Shown: positions 53,419 through 62,384, numbered from the stretch's first letter. The stretch: DNA of 64,000 bases from Myxococcota bacterium (GCA_020629955.1 JAHDCI010000001.1:11646-75645), one strand, 5' to 3'. The notes: generated by a model not told the origin, from the sequence alone. Numbers and translations: made by a program.

Positions 53419-53495
53419 CGGGGCGTAGCGCAGTTTGGTAGCGCGCACGGTTCGGGACCGTGAGGTCGAAGGTTCAAATCCTTTCGCCCCGACCA
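53419..53495 (+). tRNA. tRNA-Pro (anticodon CGG), CCA encoded
   Basis: I folded the cloverleaf by hand. The acceptor stem is CGGGGCG/CGCCCCG and the D stem is GCGC/GCGC. The anticodon stem CACGG/CCGTG carries the loop TTCGGGA. The T arm is GAAGG-TTCAAAT-CCTTT, with discriminator A plus CCA. Total length is 77 nt. Confidence 0.9.
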
Positions 53496-53551
53496 AAACC
53501 GAAGAGATGGAATGAGTGCAGCGGCACGTCGTGGGGGCACGGCTGGAGAAG

Positions 53552-54160
53552 ATGACGAAAGCACCAAATCCACTCAAAGTACTGGTTGTCGATGACGACC
53601 GGGAAATTCTGGACTTCATGCAGACCTTCCTTACGGGGGAAGGCTGTGAAGTTGAGACCTTGAGCGATCCATCGAGCGCGGAATCCGCGGTTCGGGCGAA
53701 ATCGTTCCACATGGTGGTTCTCGACCTGATGATGCCCGATATGGACGGCGTCCAGGTTCTTGAACGGATCCGAAAGGTCGATGACGATATCGCCGTCGTG
53801 ATCTTCACCGGCTACCCGTCTCTCGAGACCGCGGTGCAGTCGATGAAGCTTGACGCGATCGACTACCTGAAGAAGCCCTTCAATCCGCAAGCGTTCCGGG
53901 ATGTGATTGCCCGCGTGATGCAAAAGAAGGGATTGCTCCGCTCCCCGGAAGAGGAACTGCATCGTACGATCGGCGCCATTATTCGCTCGAATCGAAAAGA
54001 GCAGTCGCTGACGCTCAAGCAGATGGCCCGGCGCACGGGACTCAGCGTGTCCTTGCTCTCTCAGATCGAACGCGCGGAGTCGAGTGCAAGCATCAGCTCG
54101 CTCTATAAGATCGCGCGGGCGTTGGATGTTCGGGTCCGAGAGCTCTTCGGCGACTTCTAA
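53552..54160 (+). CDS. Response regulator with a receiver domain fused to an XRE-type (HTH_3) DNA-binding domain
   Basis: The receiver (REC) domain shows KVLVVDDD...VVLDLMMPDMDG...VVIFTGY...YLKKPF. The C-terminal HTH is IRSNRKEQSLTLKQMARRTGLSVSLLSQIERAESSASISSLYKIARALDVRVRELF. Confidence 0.8.
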   Translation: MTKAPNPLKVLVVDDDREILDFMQTFLTGEGCEVETLSDPSSAESAVRAKSFHMVVLDLMMPDMDGVQVLERIRKVDDDIAVVIFTGYPSLETAVQSMKLDAIDYLKKPFNPQAFRDVIARVMQKKGLLRSPEEELHRTIGAIIRSNRKEQSLTLKQMARRTGLSVSLLSQIERAESSASISSLYKIARALDVRVRELFGDF

Positions 54161-54187
54161 CCGACGCGCCTCCAAAGCGACTCGAAC

Positions 54188-54219
54188 CAAAACGCCCTGG
54201 ACGAATCCAGGGCGTTTTT
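54188..54219. terminator. Bidirectional intrinsic terminator
   Basis: A 10-bp stem AACGCCCTGG-ACGAAT-CCAGGGCGTT has A-rich sequence 5' and a T run 3'. It lies between the convergent genes 53552..54160 (+) and 54270..54572 (-). Confidence 0.65.
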
Positions 54220-54269
54220 AGGTTCACCGCCCGTCGAAGCGAGTTGGGTAGCGAGCGAGACCGTACCCA

Positions 54270-54572
54270 CTACTGCTGCGACTGGAGAACCGTACGCACG
54301 CCGCTCGATGCCTTGTCGACAAGCTTGCTCGCCAGCTCAACCTCTTGGGAGTAGCGGTAGACTTCCGCCTGCAGGACCAGCAACTCCTGCGGGCTTGTCT
54401 CCGCGCGACGACCGGCCCGACGAATATGGCGACGGGTTCGTTGCTCCAGTTCGCTGAGCGAGTGCACGTGCTCACGCAGTGCGTCGCCGAACGAGCGTTC
54501 AGGCTCGACGCGAGCTTCGGGTTTTGGGGAGACGGAATGAGTAACGCCGCGAGGGCTCTGGATCTGAGTCAT
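54270..54572 (-). CDS. Small protein with a T3SS inner-rod (SctI / PrgJ / YscI)-like C-terminus
   Basis: It is 100 aa. Its C-terminal ELLVLQAEVYRYSQEVELASKLVDKASSGVRTVLQSQ tracks PrgJ ELAISQEMISDYNLYVSMVSTLTRKGVGAVETLLRS and YscI LMLMQWSLIRITIQEELIAKTAGRMSQNVETLSK, both recalled from memory. The length also matches. Confidence 0.45.
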   Translation of the reverse strand: MTQIQSPRGVTHSVSPKPEARVEPERSFGDALREHVHSLSELEQRTRRHIRRAGRRAETSPQELLVLQAEVYRYSQEVELASKLVDKASSGVRTVLQSQQ

Positions 54573-54623
54573 GCTCAGTTCTCGGCCACCGCGGCGCTCA
54601 GTTTCGTAAAAAACGACTCTTCT

Positions 54624-57245
54624 TTACGAAGCCTCCCACCAGGCGTCGACGGGTGCTGCAGGCTGCGACGGCGTCTCTTCGCCCTCACCACCTTCGGTGG
54701 ATTCGCCACTATCGGCAGGCGGTTGTGATGGCGTGTTGCCTTCCGAGGGCGCGGCCTCGCCGTTTTGCTGAAGCCACCAAGGCTCGCCTGTTTCTCCGCC
54801 GTTGCCTTCTCCTGGCTGCGTCTGTCCCGGTTGCGCTTGTCCAGGCTGGGTCTGCGCGGGCTGGGTCTGTCCAGGCTGAGTCTGTGCAGGCTGCGTCTGC
54901 GTGGGTTGCGCGGGCTGAGTTTGTGCGGGCTGCGCGGCGTGACGGACTTCCCACCACGGCCGGCCCACAAAGCCCGCCGCATTTCCGAGAGACTCGGCCC
55001 GCGACCACCAGTGCGCGTAAGCGGGCTGGTTGCTTCGGGGCGTATTCCCAGTGCTGCTTCGGAGACGAATCGAGAAACTCGCGCGCTGCCGGCGCTGCTG
55101 AATCCCGGGGAAGCGAAGCTCCGCGATCGTTGGCGAGAGGCACTCGACAAACTCCGGCGTATTCGGCGCGTAGCGGAACTCCGCGGTGTTGCCCTCTTGC
55201 TCGATGATAAAGGCAAAGCGAACCGTCCCAAGCTCTGGGTTGCGTTCCATTTCGCCTTCAACGCAGCCACGGAGAGCGTCGGTCTGCGCCATAAAGACCT
55301 CATTGATCTGCTCTTGCGTCAGACGCTCCGGACGCGCAGCGCGTTCTTCGGCCTCGGCTTCCGCGGCCGCCAGCGCTTCCGCTTCAACGCGCGCAGCCTC
55401 TTCGTTTTCGAGGCGCGTCGTCTCCGCCTGGAAGATCGCGGTAATCGATTCCTTCAAAGGCGCGATCGTGCGGCCGCGGTCGGCAAAGGTCTGAAGCGAC
55501 GCACGCCCCTCGTCTCCGCCATGCCGGAAGATTCCTTCGGCCGCAATCGTGAGCGGGTCCATGTTCTCCGCAAAGGTGGAGTCCGCGTGATAGAGGGTGA
55601 GGAATTGCTGAAGCGGACCGACCACGGACTCGTCACCAAGCTCAACAATCGCGCGAAGAACGAGCGCGAGCTGGTCCGCTGGTGTCTCGTGATCAAAGAG
55701 GTGCGCGATAAGTTGGCTCAGCGCCTCGCTCTTCTCTTGTTCGAGCAGCGCCGGCACCAGAAGCGTGAAAGGTGGCGAGCGTGTCTCATCGAGGTAGTCG
55801 TAAGAAGTGTTTAATGCCGCGACCAGGTAGTCAGCGCCTGGTTCGCGCGTGCGCAGCGACTCACGGATCGCGTCGCGAAGCGCGCCCGGGGTTGAACGTT
55901 GCGCATAGAGATCGAGCAGCCCCCGCGTGATCTCTGGATCCTCCATCCCGGCAAGTTGACCGATGGCATACGATCGCGCCGCAACGAGGCGGTTGTCAGG
56001 ATCGCCGGCAAGCTCGAGGAGCGACGTCGAGAGATCCCTCGCTTCGCCAGGGTTCGACTCGGGAGCAAATCCGTTCACGTCAAACCCTGCGGACGCAAGC
56101 TCGAGCTCCGCGCCCCCAGTCCAAGCCGAGTTGCCCGTCGACGCATCGAGGAAGTTCGCCCGGCCGCGCTCTCCGAGCGTGAAAAGACCACCACTCAGGA
56201 CCTGAGCCCGGATCACATCCTGCTCGAGGATCCGCGCCCATTCCATCTCGCCAGTCGTCGCGTCATACGCAAAAACATAACGGTAATAGACGAGATAGAC
56301 GCGGCTGGACATGAGCGCGAGTCCATTCTCCCCGGGAGCCGGCGCCACGTAGAAGCGGATCCGTCCCCGCGCGGAGCGAGTACCTGGCGTGGGAATGAAG
56401 ACATCGTCTTCGATCGCCGGCTCACGTGGCGCGCCGGTGACCGGATTGCCAACGTACGTGGATTCGCTCTGACGCCCCGTCGCCGAACTCACATCGAGAC
56501 GGTATATGCCATTGGAGCCGTAGTACACGCCGCTCGGTTCTTCACGCATCCACGCGAGAACGTCGTCGGTCGTCCGAATACGCGTAACTTCATTCCCGGT
56601 CTGCAGGTTGAGGATCGCGATATTCTGCTTGTCCCACGGAATCATCGCATAGCCGCCGCGCGCGACGGGACGCCCGAAGATGCCGGCGAGTTCGTGGTCC
56701 CAAATCGCTCGACCCGAACGCGCATCCACTGCGAACGCATGGCCCACGCGAGTCGCTCCGCCCGAACCGCCGATCGAGAGCACGTAGAGAAGCGTATTGC
56801 CATCCCGCGATGCGCCGACATAGGCGAGCGTATCAAGCTCCTTCTGCCAAAGCGTTTGTCCCGTTTCGGTGGACACCGCGACAATATTCTCACGCGTGCT
56901 GACCATGGTGATATCGCCGAGCACCTCGGGACGCGTCTGTACGTCGAGATTTGTGCGCCACATCTCCGCACCATCGAGCCCAAACGCGACCAACGCGCGC
57001 TCCCCAGCTTCGAGCGAGTGGGTGGACGCGACGATCAGCGGCTGCCCCGAGCTATTGCCGGGTGCGTCCGCAACTTCTCCACCCGCGGCACCGACGATCG
57101 GGCCCAACGTCTCAGCGTCGTTGTCCGGGAACCGAGGGTCGAACGCCGGACGTAGCGCGACCGTGTAGCAGCCCGAAAGAAGGACGAGAACGAAGCTGAG
57201 GGCGAGCAGGGAACTCGCAGGGAGGTTTGTGTTCGAGAACTTCAT
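54624..57245 (-). CDS. 873-aa lipoprotein: PQQ-like beta-propeller + HEAT-like helical region + AgmX/PglI-type TonB-C-like domain + Q/T/P-rich repeat tail
   Basis: The lipobox is LVLLSGC YT. Propeller-type blades are present (GQTLWQKEL..., GRAIWDHEL..., GEMEWARIL...). A two-Cys C-terminal domain follows (LRGCVEGEM...VRFAFIIEQEGN...FVECL...LRFPG). The tail carries QPAQTQPGQTQ repeats and ends WWEAS. Confidence 0.75.
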   Translation of the reverse strand: MKFSNTNLPASSLLALSFVLVLLSGCYTVALRPAFDPRFPDNDAETLGPIVGAAGGEVADAPGNSSGQPLIVASTHSLEAGERALVAFGLDGAEMWRTNLDVQTRPEVLGDITMVSTRENIVAVSTETGQTLWQKELDTLAYVGASRDGNTLLYVLSIGGSGGATRVGHAFAVDARSGRAIWDHELAGIFGRPVARGGYAMIPWDKQNIAILNLQTGNEVTRIRTTDDVLAWMREEPSGVYYGSNGIYRLDVSSATGRQSESTYVGNPVTGAPREPAIEDDVFIPTPGTRSARGRIRFYVAPAPGENGLALMSSRVYLVYYRYVFAYDATTGEMEWARILEQDVIRAQVLSGGLFTLGERGRANFLDASTGNSAWTGGAELELASAGFDVNGFAPESNPGEARDLSTSLLELAGDPDNRLVAARSYAIGQLAGMEDPEITRGLLDLYAQRSTPGALRDAIRESLRTREPGADYLVAALNTSYDYLDETRSPPFTLLVPALLEQEKSEALSQLIAHLFDHETPADQLALVLRAIVELGDESVVGPLQQFLTLYHADSTFAENMDPLTIAAEGIFRHGGDEGRASLQTFADRGRTIAPLKESITAIFQAETTRLENEEAARVEAEALAAAEAEAEERAARPERLTQEQINEVFMAQTDALRGCVEGEMERNPELGTVRFAFIIEQEGNTAEFRYAPNTPEFVECLSPTIAELRFPGIQQRRQRASFSIRLRSSTGNTPRSNQPAYAHWWSRAESLGNAAGFVGRPWWEVRHAAQPAQTQPAQPTQTQPAQTQPGQTQPAQTQPGQAQPGQTQPGEGNGGETGEPWWLQQNGEAAPSEGNTPSQPPADSGESTEGGEGEETPSQPAAPVDAWWEAS
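54810..54938 (-). repeat. Coding low-complexity repeat (about 15-nt units encoding QTQPA/QTQPG)
   Basis: Direct reading of CTGGGTCTG(C/T)(G/C)C(G/A)GG-type units gives the translation AAQPAQTQPAQPTQTQPAQTQPGQTQPAQTQPGQAQPGQTQPG. Confidence 0.8.
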
Positions 57246-58135
57246 GACGCACCTCCAGGGCGGATCGTTTCACCGGAGGCTTGCTCCGGAATGCGCACCA
57301 TCGTGTCGCGCACGAGGTCGCGGAGTTCTCGAACTTCGCGATCGCGGCGACGGAAACGCTCAGGGAAGGTGTTGAGGTACGATTGCAAGAAACGGCGGAC
57401 CATGACGCCCGCAACTTCGCCAAGACGTTCGACGATCGCGGTCTTGGTTTCGAGCGAGATATCGTCGCGGCGCAGGAGATGTTCGTACCCAGAGAGCATG
57501 ACACCAAGAGGCTCGTTGCCGAGGAAACCATTGTAGCGATCCACCGCCTCGTTCGGAGCGAGCTGGCCAATCGCGATGGCGGCTTCAACCACGTTTCGTT
57601 CGAACGCGCGGAAGAGAAGCTCGAGCGAATCCGTCGCGCCACGCTCTCCAAGCGCGATCGCGGCGACGCCTCGAATCCCGCGGTCACTATCGCGGAGGCC
57701 CGCTTCGAGGATCGGCACCACGCGCGCATCTTCGATCGCGGCCAGGGCGTGGTACGCCCTGCGGCGAGCGCCCGGTCGGCGGTGATGCGTGAACTCCGTG
57801 AGGACCTCAATCCCCTCCACCTTCTTTAACGAGCCGAGCGCTGCGAGCGCGTGATCCGTAAGATGGTCGGATTGCCCGGAGCGCAAGAGCGTTGCGATCG
57901 GTTCAATCACCTGCGCATCGTCGATGACGACGAGTTGGTCGATCGCCTCTCGGACCTGGTCGGCATCTTCGCTCTGAAGACGCTCGACGACCTGGGGAAG
58001 GTCCCGAATCGTCGGCGGAGCAGAAGCCGTTTCCCCCGAATTTTCCTGGTTTTCCTGTGCTGCACGGCGCTGTCCAAGAACCGAACTTGGAACGAGCAAT
58101 GAGGCGACAAGAGCGAATAACGTAAAGGCGCGCAT
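57242..58135 (-). CDS. Secreted HEAT-repeat protein
   Basis: The internal ATG gives the signal peptide MRAFTLFALVASLLVPSSVLGQ. HEAT motifs are present (VREAIDQLV, HALAALGSL, RRRAYHALAAI, IRGVAAIALGE). Its stop overlaps the start of the 873-aa gene (ATGA). Confidence 0.7.
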   Translation of the reverse strand: MRAFTLFALVASLLVPSSVLGQRRAAQENQENSGETASAPPTIRDLPQVVERLQSEDADQVREAIDQLVVIDDAQVIEPIATLLRSGQSDHLTDHALAALGSLKKVEGIEVLTEFTHHRRPGARRRAYHALAAIEDARVVPILEAGLRDSDRGIRGVAAIALGERGATDSLELLFRAFERNVVEAAIAIGQLAPNEAVDRYNGFLGNEPLGVMLSGYEHLLRRDDISLETKTAIVERLGEVAGVMVRRFLQSYLNTFPERFRRRDREVRELRDLVRDTMVRIPEQASGETIRPGGAS

Positions 58136-58244
58136 GGTTGATTGACCCCCGGTCAGCCAATCCCGTAGCACAATGCTCAAGTTCGCAAAGTGGTCGATGT
58201 TTTCGTTCGGGAAACCGCTGCCGCGCGAATGTCGGCGCGCGTAT

Positions 58245-59906
58245 TCACACCTTGCTCTCGGACGTGAGTTCGAACGCCTCTAGCCAATCCTGACAGACCT
58301 GCAGGTCTCGAAACACGCGTTCTTCGGGCACCGCGCCTCCGATGAGTTCAATTCGCTCCATCATCTCGAAAGGCTGGGCCCGAACTCCGGTGAGAAGCAC
58401 GGTCGTGCCGCCCTTCTGAAGCTCTTGAATCGTGTCTTCGAGTGCATAGAGCCCCGACTGGTCGATATGGGGTACGCGCTCCATGCGGACGATGAGCGCC
58501 TTTGTCTCTTTCGGGAGCGCAGCCGCGAGCGCACGAAAGCCCGAGGTAAAGCCGAAGAAGAGCGGGCCATAGAGGTGTTTGATGAAGACCTTATCGCCAA
58601 ATTTTTTGGCAAGGGCGATCTCGTCATCCCAGAGCTCCTCTTTCGGAAGCTCGGTCAGCTCTTTGACGGAGCTCTCCGCTTCCGCGAGGTCCGAGGTTCG
58701 CTTCATGAAAAGAACGCTCGCGAGCACCACTCCGAGACCTACCGCGTGGATGAGATTGCCAAAGACCGTCCAGCCGAGCACGAGCACCATCACAAAGGCG
58801 TCGGCGCGGGGGATATGGCGCAGGTGCTTGATGCCTTTCGTATCGATGATCGCGACTCCGACCGCGATAAGAAGGCCGGCGAGAACGGAGAGAGGGATAT
58901 ACGATGCGGCCGCACCGGCGCCCAAGAGGACGAGTAACTGAAAGAGTCCGTGCGAAACGCCCGAAAGACGCGTCCGCCCTCCCGCATCAATATTGACCAC
59001 CGTACCTTTTGTCGCGCCGGCGCCCGGGATGCCGCCAAACACCGCAGCAATGATATTCCCGATGCCCTGCCCGACGAGCTCGCGATTGCTATCGTGTTGT
59101 TCCTTCGTCAGGTTGTCCGCGATCACCGAGGTCAGGAGTGAGTCGATCGAGCCAAGAAGCGCGAGGGTCACGCCGGACTGGAGTACAAATCCCCAATGCT
59201 CCGAGGCGGTGGTCCACATCGCGGAGATTTGAAGCTCGGGGATCCCGGTGGGGATCGCACCAATCGTAGGCACTTCCGCACCCATGAGGATGGAGGCTCC
59301 AGTCCCAGCAAGGAGGGCAACAAGCACCGCGGGGACCTTCTTCGTGACGTAGGGAAAGACGTAGTAGGTAACCAAGGTGAAAGCGCCGAGGCCCACCGCT
59401 TGAAGGTTTAGGTCACGGATCGGTTCCTGGATTCGAAGGAATACGTCGACCGTCGATTTCGGGGACGCGGAGCCGAGGAAGGGCCAGATCTGCAAAAAAA
59501 TGATGATCAGACCGACCCCAGACATGAAGCCGGAGACCACCGGGTAAGGGAAGTACTTCACGTACTTCCCTACGCCGAGGAACCCCAGCCCGACCTGCAG
59601 CACTCCACCGGCGAGAAAGCTCAAGAAGACGATGCCGAGGCCAGCCTCGAGACTTCCCGTCGCTTCCGTCGCATAAACGACGATCGACGCGCTAACGACG
59701 GTCATCGGTCCCGTCGGACCGGATGCCTGCGTCCGCGTGCCACCAAGCGCCGCCGCGAAAATCCCGACGGCGATGGCTCCGTAGAGCCCCGCGGCCGCAC
59801 CGAGCCCCGACTGGACGCCAAATGCTAGCGCGAGCGGCAGCGCAATGATGCCCGCAACGAAACCTCCTGAGAGGTCACCCTTCAGATTCTTCATCTCGTA
59901 GTTCAT
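58245..59906 (-). CDS. SulP-family anion transporter with a C-terminal STAS domain
   Basis: The N-terminus is LKGDLSGGFVAGIIALPLALAFGV. It has more than 10 TM helices and a C-terminal STAS region (LIVRMERVPHIDQSGLYALEDTIQELQKGG). The ATG at 59906 is preferred over the TTG at 59918. Confidence 0.9.
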   Translation of the reverse strand: MNYEMKNLKGDLSGGFVAGIIALPLALAFGVQSGLGAAAGLYGAIAVGIFAAALGGTRTQASGPTGPMTVVSASIVVYATEATGSLEAGLGIVFLSFLAGGVLQVGLGFLGVGKYVKYFPYPVVSGFMSGVGLIIIFLQIWPFLGSASPKSTVDVFLRIQEPIRDLNLQAVGLGAFTLVTYYVFPYVTKKVPAVLVALLAGTGASILMGAEVPTIGAIPTGIPELQISAMWTTASEHWGFVLQSGVTLALLGSIDSLLTSVIADNLTKEQHDSNRELVGQGIGNIIAAVFGGIPGAGATKGTVVNIDAGGRTRLSGVSHGLFQLLVLLGAGAAASYIPLSVLAGLLIAVGVAIIDTKGIKHLRHIPRADAFVMVLVLGWTVFGNLIHAVGLGVVLASVLFMKRTSDLAEAESSVKELTELPKEELWDDEIALAKKFGDKVFIKHLYGPLFFGFTSGFRALAAALPKETKALIVRMERVPHIDQSGLYALEDTIQELQKGGTTVLLTGVRAQPFEMMERIELIGGAVPEERVFRDLQVCQDWLEAFELTSESKV

Positions 59907-59997
59907 CGATGGTCCCAAACCAGTGCAAACACGACGGCGATATCTCTAAGGCAGAAAAGAGGACAAAAGCAGTCCCCTTTTTGAAAAACGCGTCGAA

Positions 59998-60450
59998 ATG
60001 CGGGAATCTCGCGAGGCCGTCATGTCCCAGGAAGAAGAGAGACGATCCAATGATCTGCGGGGTGCACCGAGTTTCCTTCGACTGGATAACGACACAGGAG
60101 CCTACACTAGCAGCGTTTTGCTAAAGGACGGAGAGACGTTTCGGCTCCGTATTCATGCATCGCTCGTATCCGATTCTAGGCTGAGCCCCGCGATCGCATC
60201 ATTGCTGGGAGAGGTCCAAAAGGGGGTCGCGATTCGGGAAGCAATGGAGGCCCTTGAACGGAAAGAGCGATCCGCGTGGACGGCCTCTCACTGGCGGCGA
60301 TTTCGAGCCTCACTCAAGCCCGACCAGATCGAGGTCTTTGAAGATGGCACCATCGAAATCTCCCTCGCAGGAACCCACGAGTTCGAGGGGCACAGCGTTC
60401 TTTTCGCATTCGATTCCGCGCTTCGACGGCTCGCGGTCGGCATCGAATAG
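59998..60450 (+). CDS. Hypothetical cytoplasmic protein
   Basis: The ORF has coding-like composition. I recognised no motif, and the start is uncertain (59998 or 60022). Confidence 0.4.
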   Translation: MRESREAVMSQEEERRSNDLRGAPSFLRLDNDTGAYTSSVLLKDGETFRLRIHASLVSDSRLSPAIASLLGEVQKGVAIREAMEALERKERSAWTASHWRRFRASLKPDQIEVFEDGTIEISLAGTHEFEGHSVLFAFDSALRRLAVGIE

Positions 60451-60462
60451 CTACCGACAACG

Positions 60463-60496
60463 AAAAACGCCGCCCTTCCAAGAAGGAAGGACGGCG
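60463..60496 (-). terminator. Rho-independent terminator of the SPFH gene
   Basis: On the minus strand, a 12-bp stem with one mismatch (CGCCGTCCTTCC / GGAAGGGCGGCG) has a 5-nt loop and is followed by TTTTT. Confidence 0.6.
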
Positions 60497-60512
60497 CTCT
60501 CGAACCAAAAGG

Positions 60513-61427
60513 CTATGCCGCGTCTTTGGTCGTCCGAAGAGCCGCGCTCATCCGAGCGAGCTCCTTCATCGCCTCTTCACCAGAGCCGTTGACCATGATG
60601 ACGTTGCCAGGGCTATGCGCGGCGTCGCGGATGGTGTCCCAATGATTGGTCATCATCAGCATTGCCAAAATCACCGATTCCGAAGTGTCGGGCATGGCGA
60701 TCCGCAGCTTGTCCATGGCGTCATGATATCCCTCGGCGATGGCCAGCCGCTGCGCGGCAATACCCTCACCCTGGAGACGCTTGCTCGTCTTCTCCGCCTC
60801 GGCGACGCCGACCAGACGGATCCGGTTGGCTTCTGCCTCGTTCAGAGCAGCCTCGCGCTCACGTTCCGCCGCGATGACGCGGTTAAACGCAGCCTGCACT
60901 TCATGAGAAGGCTGAGGCTCATCGACGAGTACATTGGCAATCTCATAACCGTACTCGTTCATCCGGTCGGCGAGCTCATGCTTCACCGCAACTTCGACGT
61001 CCTGCTTGGCCGTAAAGAGTTGCTCAAGCGTAAGCTTCGCACCTTCCGTTCGGACAACGTTGAGCACAAAGCTCACGATCTGTCCCTCCGGATTGTCGAG
61101 CTCGTAGAACGCCTCGCGGATTCGCGAAGGCATCACTCGATACTGGACGGCGACGGGAAAGCTGACGAACGCGTTGTCGCGGGTCTTCACCGAGACGTGC
61201 TCTTTCAGCTCGCGGAGCCGAAGATTCACGCGTGTTCCGACCATCGTCTTGCGCTCGAGCCCAAAGGGCCACGGCGGCTTCACGCGAAGTCCAGCGTGCT
61301 TCACCGAATGAAAGCGACCGAAAAGTTCGACGATCGCTGCCGACTTATTCTTGATCACCATGATGCTCGTCGAGAGCCAAGCGATCAGAAATACGCCGAG
61401 AAGAATAACCAACTGAATCTTTAACAT
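60513..61427 (-). CDS. SPFH/Band-7 (stomatin/HflC-like) domain protein
   Basis: It has an N-terminal TM anchor. The core I recognise as SPFH is IVELFGRFHSV...GLRVKPPWPF...V.TRDNAFVSFPVAVQYRV, followed by a coiled-coil AAEREREAALNEAEA. Confidence 0.9.
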   Translation of the reverse strand: MLKIQLVILLGVFLIAWLSTSIMVIKNKSAAIVELFGRFHSVKHAGLRVKPPWPFGLERKTMVGTRVNLRLRELKEHVSVKTRDNAFVSFPVAVQYRVMPSRIREAFYELDNPEGQIVSFVLNVVRTEGAKLTLEQLFTAKQDVEVAVKHELADRMNEYGYEIANVLVDEPQPSHEVQAAFNRVIAAEREREAALNEAEANRIRLVGVAEAEKTSKRLQGEGIAAQRLAIAEGYHDAMDKLRIAMPDTSESVILAMLMMTNHWDTIRDAAHSPGNVIMVNGSGEEAMKELARMSAALRTTKDAA

Positions 61428-61586
61428 GACCTCCTCCCGTGTTTTGGGATGTTGTGGGGCGTTTGCGTTCGAACCAACGTGGGTCAGGTGCCGCGCGGGC
61501 CCAGTGGGAACGCGGCCGCTCCAGTCCCGTCCGCCGGGCCCGATCTTCGCTTTGAGCGAGGGGCCGCTTCGTGGGAGACAAACGCC

Positions 61587-62384
61587 GTGAATCAGTCCTA
61601 CTTTCGTTCAGATGAGCTAGCGCCCAACGCCGAAGGTCGATGGGAGGTCGAGACCACTCCCTTTTCCCGCGGCCCATGGCATCCCGATTTTTGCCACGCG
61701 GGACCACCATCGGCGCTGATGGTTCGGGCGGCCCAAGAGCTTGGGAGTTTTCCGTCGGTGCAGCGCGCAACATTCGACGTGCTCCGCCCGATCCCCCTAG
61801 GAGCGCTGATCGTCACGGTCCGAAAGCAGAGCGATTCCCGTAGCCTCGAGCGCTGGGAGGTCGAACTCTTGAGCGCCGAGCGCGTTTGCATGCGAGGCAC
61901 GATTCTCCTCGCCTCATCAAATGAAACCGAGGGGCTCCCCGATCCGGCTCCGTCGCCTCTACCGAATGACTCGGCTCCGCTGGAATTCCCGTTCAACACG
62001 GCGGACGAGAGCTATATGCACGTCGTTGAACTGCGCGCCGCGCGGGGAAAAATCGGGGACGGGGATATGTTCTGCTGGCTACGTCCCAGCGCGAGCTTAC
62101 TCGCCGGTGAATCCACGCTTCGGCCCACCGACCGCGTCTTCGTGTGCGCGGACGCATCCAGCGGCGTGGGCGCGCGCCTCGACTGGAAGACCCACTCCTT
62201 CGTAAACGCGGATCTCAGTGTCTCGCTCTTTCGCGAACCGGAGGGAGATTGGCTCGGTCTTGAGGCGAAGACCTACGCGGGCGCCGGTGGCCGAGGGCTC
62301 ACCAGCACGACACTCTTCGATGCGAGAGGCCCGGTCGGAGCGTGCATGCAAGGATTGGCGATTCGGAGAGTCCGCTCGAAGTAG
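61587..62384 (+). CDS. Acyl-CoA thioesterase-like (double hot-dog, TesB/4HBT_3-like) protein
   Basis: The motifs CHAGPPSALMVRAA and the C-terminal FVNADLSVSLFREPEGDWLGLEA...LFDARGPVGACMQGL match the family layout. The start is placed at an in-frame GTG, since there is no ATG near the domain start; it remains uncertain. Confidence 0.55.
   Translation: MNQSYFRSDELAPNAEGRWEVETTPFSRGPWHPDFCHAGPPSALMVRAAQELGSFPSVQRATFDVLRPIPLGALIVTVRKQSDSRSLERWEVELLSAERVCMRGTILLASSNETEGLPDPAPSPLPNDSAPLEFPFNTADESYMHVVELRAARGKIGDGDMFCWLRPSASLLAGESTLRPTDRVFVCADASSGVGARLDWKTHSFVNADLSVSLFREPEGDWLGLEAKTYAGAGGRGLTSTTLFDARGPVGACMQGLAIRRVRSK

Noticed and set aside
53496-54270. A genomic island or prophage integrated at tRNA-Pro.
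   Set aside because: There is no integrase, no duplicated tRNA 3' end (attR) visible in the following 10 kb, and no obvious compositional break. Only the unusual REC-XRE regulator lies next to the tRNA.
55899-57155. A 418-aa plus-strand ORF, and ORF 54765..55814, opposite the 873-aa lipoprotein gene.
   Set aside because: Both are Arg-rich antisense artefacts. The minus-strand frame has a lipobox, propeller blades and a TonB-C-like domain.
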